The position numbers and the translations under genes are program-made. From contig JAYWIR010000034.1 of NCBI GenBank assembly GCA_036172245.1, forward strand, positions 434,001 to 498,000: 64,000 bases of DNA, read 5' to 3'. Positions 40,110 through 52,700 of the stretch are shown piece after piece. This DNA is from Raillietiella orientalis. Its lineage: Eukaryota. The notes under the pieces were generated by a model, which saw only the letters and a list, made by a program, of their open reading frames with translations, was not told where the DNA came from and searched no databases. Position 1 is the first letter of the stretch. Each line of letters starts with the position of its first letter.

Positions 40110-43100
40110 CCGCAGAGATCTCTTGATCGAAGAGAATAGAGTGAAGCCAGGATCCAGCGCGCAGCAATCTTCGCCATCTCCAGAAGGAACGAGCGGTTTC
40201 CCTGCTGATCCGGAGAGCAGCACGCGAAAGTACACTGCCCAAAGGAAGAGGTGAATTCACAGAGGACCCCAGCAATGGCGACTCTCGCGTCAAGGGTTCA
40301 TACCTTAGGGATTTTGCATCCGTTACTCTGGGTGTTTCTTCACCACAAATGAATAAAGATGTAGATTGCAAACCGAGTACCTGCAGGAATCCGTGCATTA
40401 GGGAGGAGTGCGGTTGTTTCGAAGGAATAGAGTTCTGGAGTGACAAACAGGACAGGCAGAATAAAGACAATGAGTACACAATAGGAAAGAAAGGATTTAG
40501 CTGCCCCAAAATCTTCTCGCTATCAGCCCTTGCACAATGCAGGTCGACCTTCCTCCTCGATGCAGGATTTCGATGCGGTCCCTCGCTTTCCAAAATGCGG
40601 AGATGAACAGGAACATGATTTCTTCTGCCGCTGCTGGAGCAGTTTCGCTTATTCGATGAGCTATTTTACATCGCAATAGCACACTATCGTGGTCACCGGT
40701 GTCTGAGATGGATATTCCAGACCCGAGACGGAGTCTGGGATGAAGCAATGCCGCACAGAGTCCTCCAGAGTGTCCTCCAGGTGTGAGAGGGATGTCGCTG
40801 TGCTCTCCTGACACGAGCTAACAGCAGTGCAGTATCAACAACTGATTTGGGATTGATTCTTCCCATTTTCACTTAGCACAGATAGAAAAAGATTCCCTCC
40901 CTACCACCTCCTCATCAGCCGCCTTGTCATTGTCCATATTCTCAGGAGCTTCTCCGATGCTGCAAATCACACCGTGGGCTGAAGGCTGTCTTCCCATTTC
41001 CAGAAAGCACTTAAATCTTCAGCCAGCATGGACAGGGTTGAGAACTGAAAGAGAAGAGATCTAGAAGAATTAAGAGAATACAGTAAGAGGGGAATGCGAG
41101 TCTTCCTACTGATGATGATCAGTTGGAATGATCAACGAAAAGGCCCGCAGCCCAGCAGCTGTCTTCAGAAGGGAATCCCAATTGCAATCAGTGACCAGAT
41201 CCTCAAATTGGGTGGCAGTCAACAGTATGGTTCTCGAAGGTTGTGAGGAAACCAGTCCTGGGGGATGGAGCTGGAAGACAGATGCCTTCAAATTCTAATG
41301 GCTGTGCGGATCTCGGGCCGAAGACATCCGAACATCCTCCTCGAGAAAATGTGCTTCGATGAGAACTTCCTTAGCCTTCGTCCTGCGTGCTGAGAGTTCA
41401 TCTCTCCTGAAAGACCACTGACTCAATGGAATTAGGCTGATCAAGCTTCTACAGACTTCTACGTTCCCCGAATCCGAAGAGCACACAGTAGGGCATCACC
41501 CTCGAAGGAGGGTTACACTGACGGAACGCTCCGTAAACATTTGAGAGAGTGAGTAGAGAGAAGGGACGAAAAACTGAGCGATCGAACCGGGAGCGTTTGT
41601 AGGAGAGAGTTCAGACTTCTGGGAGACTCTGTTGCCGAACCTTTTCCCCCTCCTCCAAAGTCTCAGGAGTAGACGAACGTGACTTCTTTTCAGAGAAAAA
41701 TTTTCTCAACGGAAAAGTCTCCATGGAAATGCCAGTGACCAGTGAAAACGTCTCTGGAAGAAACAGTAGTCAAACAATGCAGCAGTGAACTAACATCAAC
41801 AACAAGCGGCGGCTGTCGGCCATAAAGAGTAGCTAAAGAAACAAGAGGAAGAAAAGTGATCTACTGATCCACCACCATCATCTTCCACCATAGAACTGGA
41901 CAGACTGTCCATTATCTTGCTGTGACATTGCAGAAGAAAGCGTCTCAGTGACTATCCCACCGCTCCTGCGGAACTAAAAATAACAGCGACAGTCTTGGTT
42001 GCCTGAACACCATCAAGAATAGTCTCTGAAGAGATTGTAGCTGGGTAGCTTACACGCGATACCTTAAACCCACCTAGACGGATTGGAGAGGTTGAGAAAT
42101 CTGAGAAATTCTGGATTGTTGATGCAGGACTTCTCGGATGAGTGGGTGAATTTGGAAGGAGGCTTCCATTTCTGAAGACCGGCCAGACGCTCCTCATTAG
42201 AGAGCGGACGGGGAGGGAACGGTGATACGACGTACCTCGAAGTAACCTTCGTATGAAGGTTATTATTTGTTCTTGTTATCTTCCAAATTATTAGGGTTAT
42301 TACCATTATATAAATACTTCTTCTTCCCAATCTTTTGCAGAGGAACAAGTCGAGATACTAGCACTTTCCACCTTATTTTGCGTCGTGATAGAAACGGAGA
42401 ACCTTTTCCCATTCGGCGATCCACTAGTTCTCTGCTTATCTCTACCTTTCTTTCAGTAGCGGAATTGCTTAATAAACAGTAAAAGACCATAAACCAGCTT
42501 TGCAAACTTTTTTTGGAAATTCAGATCCTATTGCGAACCCAAGTTTTTCCCAATCTATTACAGTGCATTGGGCATTTATTAGTGGTTTTTAAGGTATGCA
42601 TGAACCAAGCATCTTCTATATCACGGATCAAATGAAAATGTTCCATGGATGAAGGAACTATCGATGAAAAATTTCCGTTATGCAATACATATTAAGAACT
42701 ATTTTTAATGAAATTAAATTAAATATTTATTTAGGTTGAAATATGAAAATAAAACGCAACAGAGACATGAGAAGTTTTAACGACCACGGTCATATAATAG
42801 AAACATCAAACATGAAACCAGTGGAAATTCTGTTGGGAGCCACCACCCCTCAGGGAAAGAAAGTTCACTTATCTACGATTCGAAACCGCCTAAGGATTTC
42901 GGGAAGCATCCTTGCGGGTGTCATCGTGGTCTTCAAAAGAACCGAGTTTGCAAGAACGCTTGCGCGATAAACCTAAGTGGCATTCATGTGAACCAGCCAG
43001 GAGTCTGGAATGGGGATGGGAGACCAGATCAAACGACAGAGTTTTTTTTTTTTTTTTTTTTCGAGGAATTCAGTTCTCGGTAGACTCTTCCCATCTCGGC

Positions 43101-45636
43101 CACTATCTCCACATCTGGTTACCTTGTCGGGATGTATCTTTTCTGTTGACAGGCAAAGCAACACCTTTTCGGGACTTTCTGAGGAAAGGAATTGCACTCA
43201 CAGAGGACATCGCCCTAGGGAATGATGTAGCCAGTAAGCTCCTTCACGTTTCCCACAAAGAAACGAGAAGCCGAGTCGCAGAAAGTTGTTGTTACGACGC
43301 GGCAGCATCAACAAAGCTCGAGGACTTGGGTCGGACACAAGTGGGCGAGACGGAAGTGAACAAGGAAATCAATACCCAGGAAGTGGTTCCGGAAACACCC
43401 ATTCATTCCTAGGAAAATGGGATATGAAGACAAGAAGGAAACTCTGGGCGCTCTCGGTAAGATTCCAAACGGTCCAGAGGTATTTCGCGGTGAAGAGATG
43501 AGAGAAGGACCAGATTTTCCTGGCATGACACTTTCAGAAAACCACCGGCGTTCAGGGAAGCTGCCTGAAGAACGCTTGAAGAGCAGGGGGAGCTGTTATC
43601 CTCTTCTTGCTCCATTCCCTCCCCTCCCCCCTCCTCCTCCTCACGAAGCGTGCGAACGAAGGCAGAGAGTTCCCGTTTCCTGCCTCTCTTGCACTTGGGA
43701 AAAATGAGGGCATCCCAGTGATTCATCCATGCGACGCATCTCGCAGGACGCACCAAAGGAGAGGAAGCTGGAGGCTCCCAAACCCGTATGCCCGTCATCA
43801 ATCAAGGAAGGAGGAGGGGCTGGAGAGGAACAAAAAGGAGGCGTAGCAGCACGCTCTGTGTTCCATGAGGAGAGTTCTCTCTCCTGGATCCGCATTCTGT
43901 GAAATCTGCAAGTGGATCCGACTGTGGAAATCCTCGACTCTCGGCATCCCTAGGCTCAGTGCGAGGGCCTTAAGCCAAGAACCATTTAAGGAACCAGAGC
44001 ACAGCGCGATTTCTGGAGACGGGGAGGGAAGAAGATAGACGGGGAGTGAGACGACCTCCACTGCGCGATGCCTTTCACACAGAGAATCTGAGTCTCTTCA
44101 GCCGAGCAGGATCGCTGCTTTCATTCTCAGGGACATTTCCTGAGACACCGATGTGACCTCTTCGAACAGAGATAGGAAGGCCAGACGCTAGAGAGGAGGG
44201 AGAAGTGCTATGCCGTGGAAGTACCTTGAAACAAAGGAAGGATTGTTGAGTAGGCATCCATCCCACTTAGCTTTGCGTTTTGGATAGGACCTGCAAATGG
44301 ATGCCATAGCGGAGGCGCCATTCTTCTCCTTCAGAGAGGGAAACTTAACAGTAGCCGTGAGTGCATGCATGGGTATTGCCAGCCCTTTCGCAGCATATGC
44401 TTCAGTGACCATCCTCCTATACGCAGGGGAAAGACTCCTCGCACACACGGCCGTACCCGACTCATTTTAACTTCTAGTCCAACTTCCAGAGTGGATAGTC
44501 CAATGGACATAACAAGGTTTCCGAGGTTCTCATAAGGGATGATAAAGAGTGTAGGAGCACTGCAAGGTCATCCAGTGAAATCATCCAGGGAAGAGAAGCA
44601 TTGCATTCTCACACATGCGCATACCACGGTGAATGCGTCGTGAAGCACTTTGATGTTGAGTCACGGTCTGCACTGAGACTCTTCCAGCTTCTCCTAGTAC
44701 ATCGGAGTTCTCCTTCAATATTTCCTTCTATGGTTTCAAGGTGTACTTTGGAAACAGCATTTCTTTTATGCTTGCCTCATAAATGCTACTCTCGGTCCGT
44801 CTGCTGCAGAGAACCTTAAATTAAACGGGGTAATTACCCCTTTTCCCGCTTCGTTTTAGGTGCTGCTAGAAGCCTCTTGAGGGGCTTTCGCAGTGGTCAC
44901 TATTATTCCTTTTGAAGCCGTCCACCGCAGCTTCCACATTATGGAAACGCTCGAATAATAGGATTTCGGTTTCTCCTGCAAATAGCAGCTTCGTCGTTGT
45001 ATCACAAAGCCGTCTCATGATTTGCGCTCAGGGTTCCCGGGGTAGAGTTTGCCTAGAGGTGACACTTATTGAATGCTGCATCCAAAACAAATGGGGGTGA
45101 CTTCCTCTCGTGCCTTCTACGAAGCCACCCAGTGCTTATTCCTCACTTATGCAAAAGTTTTTCAGTAGAATTCTCCTCCGCTAAACATTAAAAGCAAAAA
45201 CTCAACACTCCTTTAGGTTTGTTTTTTTTGTTTCTTTGTCGAGAATCCGAGCAATGGTTAGCCCCAATGATTTTATATTTCACTTTAGAAAGCGACTTCC
45301 TTGCATAGTCTGAAAATTCCCGTGAAGCAATTCACTTTCACTACACGCTGCCAGCTGAAATTGGTAGAAAGATGCCATTCGGATGCTGCATGAATTTGGC
45401 GGCCTTTTCCTGTTCCATTGGATCGTTGCTACGCATCTTTCGACCCAAAGAATGCAAGCAACCACATACTCTCAAAAGCAACTCGATTAATTAACTGGCA
45501 AAACAAATTTCAGCATTTCTTTGGTCTCAATAAGAACCAATTCATTCTTCTCATACATTACAACTTCCCCACTGGAGGTTCTCTTCATTCTTTGAAACAA
45601 CCCCTTCTTACTCTTCACATCGCTAATAACAATCTA

Positions 45637-45667
45637 TTTATTTCACATAAGGCGTTTCGCATTTATT
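45637..45667 (-). promoter_or_regulatory. Candidate polyadenylation signals of CYRI
   Basis: AATAAA on the minus strand at 45667-45662 and 45642-45637, about 450-480 nt downstream of the stop codon in an AT-rich stretch. Confidence 0.45.
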
Positions 45668-46120
45668 AATTTAAAAGTGAGCAAATGGACGATCACAACT
45701 TTGTGCAACCAATAATGCACATAACAATTCTGTGGCAATCACATTCGGATTGATTACTTGATACTAATTACCACCATAAGCTGGAAAGATTCCAAGGATT
45801 TTTTATGAAAAAGTGCTGAGTAAAAGGCAAATGCAGGTGTTATCTGTAATTCATAATGGATTCGGAGAAAACCATTCAATTAATTTTCCAACAAAAATCC
45901 ATAATTCCACAATGCTTGCAGCAATATAATTATAATGAAGAAATACCAGAAATTTTAAGCCAGTGTACTCATGACAAAACGAGAAAAAAAAAAGAACTAG
46001 ACTTTCCATATGTCTGGAACTTGCTTGTCTCAAAGTAGATGTCACCAGGACAAAAAAACTTCAGCAGATCACAGGTGCATAAGATCACGGGGAAGGAAGA
46101 TGAAGATGACTGAGTATATT

Positions 46121-47398
46121 TTAGAGTGCAAGCAATGCACGAACTGTTTTTGGCGTAGTGCCATCATGCAAATGGCGGGTGGTATAGCGCAAAGCATTGA
46201 GCAAACTTTCCACTTCACTCTGCTGCTGTACCTTCAGTGTACGGATACAGCTCTTTACCTTCTTCAGAATTAGAACTGCCCTCTCACTCTGGGAATACTT
46301 ACATCTAACTGAGAAGACTTTAAAAAGGCTCCTTCTGGATGCACATGGTCATACAAAATAACCAAACCTACCATAACACGTAATACAAATAGCTGAGTTT
46401 CCTGCCTCTGAAAACGAGCCAATAATTGCCTGGATAGGAAACTATTAACTGTCAAACCCTTTTAATGCCACTTACGGACTATCCACCATTCTCTGACACA
46501 CCTTGGTCATTGTGCTAAGTAATCCTGTTAGTTGCTCAACAGGAACATCTGGATGCTAACACACAGTGCACGAGTTGCAATTGTCTGTCTACCTGTTTCA
46601 CAAATTGGCATGTCACATCACTGAGTACCTTAAGCATTGGAGTAGCATGTGCATAGAAAAGAGACATTTGATTGGTCAGCTGATTGCCAGGATCATCCTT
46701 CAGAATATCCTTGCCATTTAACAGATGTCCATGCAGCATGCGTCTATAGAAACTGAAATCATTTTGCATGGCAGGTGTAGTCATCTACAAGTTAAGAGTG
46801 ATCTCTGCAAAAATGTATAAACTAACTTTGAGTTCATCAAATCTGAAGACAAATTCCAGAATCTCGGCAAATTCCTTCACCAAAGCCTGCTGAGTTTCCA
46901 AGTGTTCCTGTGGAGTGAGTGGTCCTGTACACAACTCAGTCAGAAGATGAGGTAGTACCTTTTCTATAGAAGATGATATTGGTCACAGACAACAAAACAG
47001 TCACCTAGTTGCAAGGAGAACTCATAGAATCTATGAAGTTTCCGGACCAAAGGAGCAATTACACGTAACACCTGGCACTGATTTTCCTCCGTTGGATTGG
47101 AAATTGCCTGCCTAACTATTCTATGCACTAAAATTAAAGAACTCACCTCCTTGATCTCTCTGGAAGCACCTTTATACATCTGTAAGTCAGATAAAATCCG
47201 AGATGCATCTTGTAATACCCTTTGTACTTCACACCACACAGGATATTCCAGTTCTGTTGCTTTGGAATCTTCAGGATAATATATTCAAAAGTGCAATAGG
47301 AACTATGGCTGCTTACTTTCAAAATCCAGATAAACATCATACTTTTGCTCAGAGCAACAGTGTTCATCTTTAGACAGTAATCGTAGAAGGTTTCCCAT
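46121..47398 (-). CDS. CYRI: CYRI/FAM49 family protein (CYFIP-related Rac1 interactor, DUF1394), 8 coding exons, 326 aa
   Basis: Manual splicing gives exons 47398-47317, 47268-47147, 47107-47005, 46963-46827, 46784-46593, 46555-46476, 46429-46303 and 46258-46121 (981 nt, all GT-AG, frame continuous, ends TAA). The product has the family motifs MGNLLRLL...[96 protein letters not shown] and [12 protein letters not shown]. Gly2 (myristoylation site in the family) and the Rac-binding RR pair are retained. Confidence 0.97.
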
Positions 47399-47399
47399 A

Positions 47400-47420
47400 T
47401 CAAGACAAAGTCATCATCAT
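47400..47420 (-). promoter_or_regulatory. uORF (ATG ATG ATG ACT TTG TCT TGA, MMMTLS*) ending 1 nt before the CYRI start codon
   Basis: Read directly. No AG dinucleotide lies between the uORF and the CYRI ATG, so splicing cannot remove it. Confidence 0.6.
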
Positions 47421-50400
47421 TCTCAAGCACTCATATTTGTCACAATTCTCTGGATTACTACACAAAATATCCTTGACTCTTCAAACTGCTCGCGCATAAT
47501 TTGTAAAGATATTGTGACATAAGAAAACGAAGGAACTGAATAGATTATGCAAAATTTTCGTTTACCATTTTCGAACTGGAATATTACTTTTGTACAGCAC
47601 ATTTGGAAATCCACAAACTCAAGGGCATACATACCTTAAGTACTACAAGCCTTTCAATTCAATAAAATTTTATAAAGGCATACACATTTTATTATGGAAT
47701 TAAGCTAACATCCTGGAATGAAATCTTAATTGGCAAATGAAAACTTCTTTCCAAAAATTTTCAAAAACTGTGAATTGCGAGCTCAAACACATAATTGTGA
47801 GGTTACCGTTGAAAGTTTACCAGCAATTCCAATTCAAGGTATTAGTACACAATGCTTAGGCACTCACTTCAGCACTCACGTCAGAGAATAACGACTTTGC
47901 ATGCATAAGCAGCCGGAAATATTTTCGGTTCAAAAACTACCTTGCAATGGGGCCTTGTTACAGCTATTACGTGATGGCATTACTGCTGGAATCGCATTTA
48001 GTATTTTGTACCGAGAATAAAATAACTTTTACAGCTGATGCACTATAAAATTTCATTTGGTTACCCAGCATTGTGTTTTTAATAGCAATATAAAAGTTTA
48101 CTAGGAGTACTTGCATTTTTCCATTTGAGTTTTAATTGAGAATGCTTAGGAAGCATTTTTAAAAATCGAAACGCATACAAATACTTTCAAAATATTTGTC
48201 AGCAATTCGATTTCTAAGTTGATAAGAAAAGTTGTATTATAAATATATCTATGAAAATTATTGAACTTAATGAGTCTTTATGAGAAACCTTTCCCATGCA
48301 CGACTGCTCAGATACTATAATACTTGAAAGTTACATTATTCGAATAGAATGAATTCCATGGAGAATACAGGAAGAAAACAAGGGATCTAGAGCTCCTAAG
48401 GTTATTCTGGAAGGCTTTCCCAGAATCTTGTTTCTTCTGGTGACCGTTTAATTGATTTTTTCAACTTCTCTTTCATTCGATCAATCTGCGTTATGGGGAA
48501 CAAAATTTTCAATTCATACTTTAAGGAAATACTCATTTACTACCGGAAAATATTCTCCCAATTTCATCACGGCTGCTATGACACAACGCTCTAAAACCTT
48601 TTTCATAGTGTTTTTATTCGGAAAAGTAACAAACTTGCACAGCATGACTCAATAAGTAGTCTTAGGAAAAAGGTAATTTTAAATTCTTGTTATGAAACGA
48701 TTTACAAGAATGATAGATATTGTTTGTGTTTTCATCATTCCAAAGAATTTTACTTTTTGAGTTTAATAACAAATTCCATAAGAATCTAATTCAACAGTAA
48801 CATTATTCCTTACTAGCAACCGGTGATGATGAATTCCATGACATTCACACTAAATGCACCTTCATAAATGAGACTCACGTATGGATTTTCAAGCACAATA
48901 AAGGTGTCTTCAACAGCTTTTGGATTGCTCTATCAGATCCAACTTATTTTAAAGCTGGTAGCTAAGATCTCTAAAACGAAGCTCCCGATGTATCTGTGGC
49001 CATAGCTAATTGGTATGGGTAATTACAAAGATTATGCACATTCAATCCAAAAGCGATCCTTTGTCAGAAAATTCCGTTTTCACTAAAATTTGCTAAATTC
49101 TTCTTTAGTAAAATTTGCAGAGATCTTGAATAGTAAATTCGAGAAAACCTCATCTGAAACTGCGAGTATTTTTGTAAAGAAGTTTCGATGAGACGATATA
49201 TATGTGGCTGTGAAGTACTCGCCCGAAGAACCCCCAAATTTTATTAGAAAGTTGCCTGTTATATTAGTTATTTCAACTTGGGCTCCATAGCCTTGTCGAT
49301 CTGCACAGTTTCGTCATTGAAAGGCGGCGGAGTGCGCTTCTGCTTTTCAAAATCCCCGGAATTTTTTGGCGCTTTGTCCTCGCTCCATGGATGCAGATGA
49401 AATCCAAAACACTGGAATGGAACGACATTGAAAATATTTCAAAGGACGCGAAAGCTCTGCAAAAAGGGAGTCAGTAAGTGTCATTTATGAAACCGTGTGC
49501 CATTTCACCGCATCAAATTTCGCTCCTTCCTCCAACGTTCACAATGCATTTCTATAGAATTCTTCAGTATATCCTGGAGCCAATGATGGTGCCGAAGTCT
49601 AAGAAATCAGTGATCAAGTATGCTTCATGGCTCCAAGGATGACAACCGTGACCAGAGAAATCTGGGTCTTGAGCTTTTTGGTTACGGGAGCGGGAGACTG
49701 ATTTTTTGAGTTACTCTAAAAATAAGAAACGCTTGCCATGGGTTCTGAATATAGAAAAGGGATTCTCTTTTGCTGAGGAAGCTGCATCCTTGTGGCACGA
49801 AGTCCTCTTCCCTATCCTGATTTTCCGTATCACTTTGATGATTTCCTCCATCAAATTGAGGACTCTGGCTCTCAAAACATATTACAAACACTGCTGGAAC
49901 GTATCTCCTCTCACATCCCTTCAGTCGTATCATCAGAAAAGTTCACATACTGTTATAAATGTGCCGCAGCTTGTGCTCTTTGTTTTCATGTGACTTGTCC
50001 TCGTTGCTTCGAGAAGTAACTATCTTTTAGGGTTTCCTATTCTTTCACTTCTTCTTCAAAACAGATGTAGGGATGAAATTTTCCAAGAAAAATTCCATCT
50101 ATCCATGTCACTTCAATGTGTTTCTTCGATGGACTTCCATAGATTGAATGTATTTGTTTTTTGTTCTACAAATGGTGTTGTCTGAATTGACTACCCCAAT
50201 GCGAAGCTTCACCTCATTCTGTCCAAAAGCCATTTTTTAATGAAATTATTCTTGACACTTCACGGAAGAGTCCCTGTGGACACACAGCAGCTTGTTATGA
50301 TGCACTTGTGTGCCGATCGAACCGAAACATAGAAAAAAAAAAAAAAAACTCTTGAGTGAACATCTAATCTACTTAGATTCCGGATTGTTTGTGCTGTCTA

Positions 50401-52299
50401 AACAAACACACAGACTTTCTCATTTTTCGAGAACATGACATCTTCAGTTGACTCTGACCAAAGCTACTACGAAAGGCTGTCTTTTCCAGAGCATTCCGGG
50501 TAAAATACGCGTGCATCACGTCCATGCAGGAATTCTTGAATATTGGAATTTGACTGATTCACGAAATCCAATGCTTTATTTGGATAAGATGGAATCCTAT
50601 GTGAGAGCACTCCGTTAAAAGGCAGTCTTATGTCTTCCATTTCCTTTTAGATTTTCACCTCCGATGCTTGCATTTGCATTTCACAGCCAGGCATGCTATT
50701 GAGCATCTTGTTCAGTCCGAGATTTTCCCATGTGGGAATTTTTCTTCGTTGCCATCTAAAGAAAATAATCCCCAAACCTTGGACCTGAATCGCTTTAAAA
50801 TTCTATTGAAGACAATCCCGTTAAGGAAGTGGCAGATCTTACAAAGAATAAGTTCGGATTTTAATCGATTTTGCAAGAGAGAATGGAATGGTACTATACT
50901 ACGGAGCTTTGCTCCAGAATGTGCCATTCAACTCTTTCGAGAATTCCCAGTGAAGGAACGGCAGCTTTCCCATCTGATGCAGACCCGATGGCCAAACTGC
51001 AGTCGCGAAGAACTCTGGAATACAAAATTGCAGAAGTGAGATTTCATCAGCACTTTTTTCCACAAGCACCTCCTTTTGTCATCCGAAGTGCGCTTGCGCT
51101 TCTCTCGAATGTGTTTATCAAGTAATTATTTCGTTTGCTCTTTGACATTTTGGGAGGCCCATCACTGATTGCACACAGAAAAGTTTCATGGCTGTCCCAA
51201 AAAAACTGCATGTGGGGAATCGGAAATCAGCCAGAAGATTACTACGCAAAAACTTTTCCACATGCTGTGCTTGAAAGGTTGAAAAAAAGAAAAAAAAAAT
51301 GTCTCTTTTAAAGAGGAACCAGCTTTGGAATATAAACACCGACTGCTGAGGGAGAGGGGGTGGGGAGTGAGAGAAACCAAAATTAAAGTTTCCTAGCACA
51401 CGGCAGTAACGAATCTGTGTTATTGAAACAATCTGAAGACGGTGTGATTTCAAATTTATAGAAAAGATTTTCCAAAAAAAACAAAAAAACAAAAAATATG
51501 GCAGTAATTTGGTATGCTGACCAGCCAAGAAGCACTGATCCTGCCCCAAGCAGCAGGGAATGCAAATATGGCAACCTGTTTCAAAGGAATGCTGGAAGTA
51601 TATATACAAGTAAAGCTTCACATTTCTCCCTTTCTGAGGTTTAGCTTTCAAATCGTTTAATTTTTGCTGCTCGGTTCCCAAGCAAAAGGTTTTATCATTT
51701 GCAATGAGCTGATTGATGACTACTTTTCATTTTGCCAGAGCATTCGTAAGCATCAGCTAAGAATTTACATGCAAAACTTCTTTTTCCTTACATTTGCCAC
51801 ATTTGCAGCTTGCAAATATGGTGGCCGCTCCTAGAACTCATTTTCTTTCTCAGTGGCTAAGCCCTAACTAATTTTTATTAAGAATATCTAGATGGAAATT
51901 TATAAGACGATTCCAGCCCTTGCAGCCACTCAATGAAAAGGAGCCATCTCATGGGCCAACCGGACTGCGCCGATTTTTTTCCTCAACTTCTTGAAATCGC
52001 GATCTGTAATTCAGGCTCTTTAAATACAGCCACAGAAGTTCGATAGGATTCTGAATTTGAGAACATTTGAATCTCAGTGAGTGTTTCCTTATTCCCTTTC
52101 TTTATGAAGGAATTCTAAAAATGCAAGTAAGGAAAATTTCAGTAAGTTTTTTTGGAAAAACTTGAAAGGGGAATTTCAAGAGAGCTTGCATTGCTTTCCC
52201 GTTGGCTTAGCCCGAGCAATTTCGCTCATTACCCTATATTTGGGGGATCATTTGAAAGAGCACAGTTGGGAGGCTTTGGAATGCTTGGCGTGAACATCT

Positions 52300-52700
52300 T
52301 TTGGACCGATCGGACCGTTGTCCAGATGTGCACGCTTGCTTTCTTGCATGAACTCCTACTGCCTCACTTGGTCACAGTTCAACTGGCATCAGTTTTCTGG
52401 TTCTTCTGCGTTCACCCTGACCTCGAATAATGCTGTCAACAGCAATACCGTTCCAGATAAGTTGAGAAACAGGAAGCGGATCTGTGAGTGCAGTCAGCTC
52501 CTGGCAACATTGAATGCCTTGTCAGCCTTCCTCCGAGATCGATTCCAGCATCCATCTGTGAAGTTTAGCCACGAGCTCTTTTGCTGCAGCGATCCCATTC
52601 CGATAAGAGGAGATGTCGGATCTGGGATCAGCCCTGTTTTCTGGTTCCATTTCTCGATTGCTGATGAAAGACTTTCTGCACGCTCCAACAGCTCCCACCC
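52300..52700 (-). mobile_element. Decayed LINE reverse transcriptase N-terminal fragment
   Basis: Peptides ELVAKLHRWMLESISEEG and WNGIAVDSIIRGQGER, then frameshifted EEPEN*..PVEL, resemble the LINE RT region W...V.PI.K.KG...PENYRPVSL. Confidence 0.35.

Noticed and set aside
40349..40606. Cys-rich 85-aa ORF
   Set aside because: No signal peptide, known cysteine pattern or splice support.
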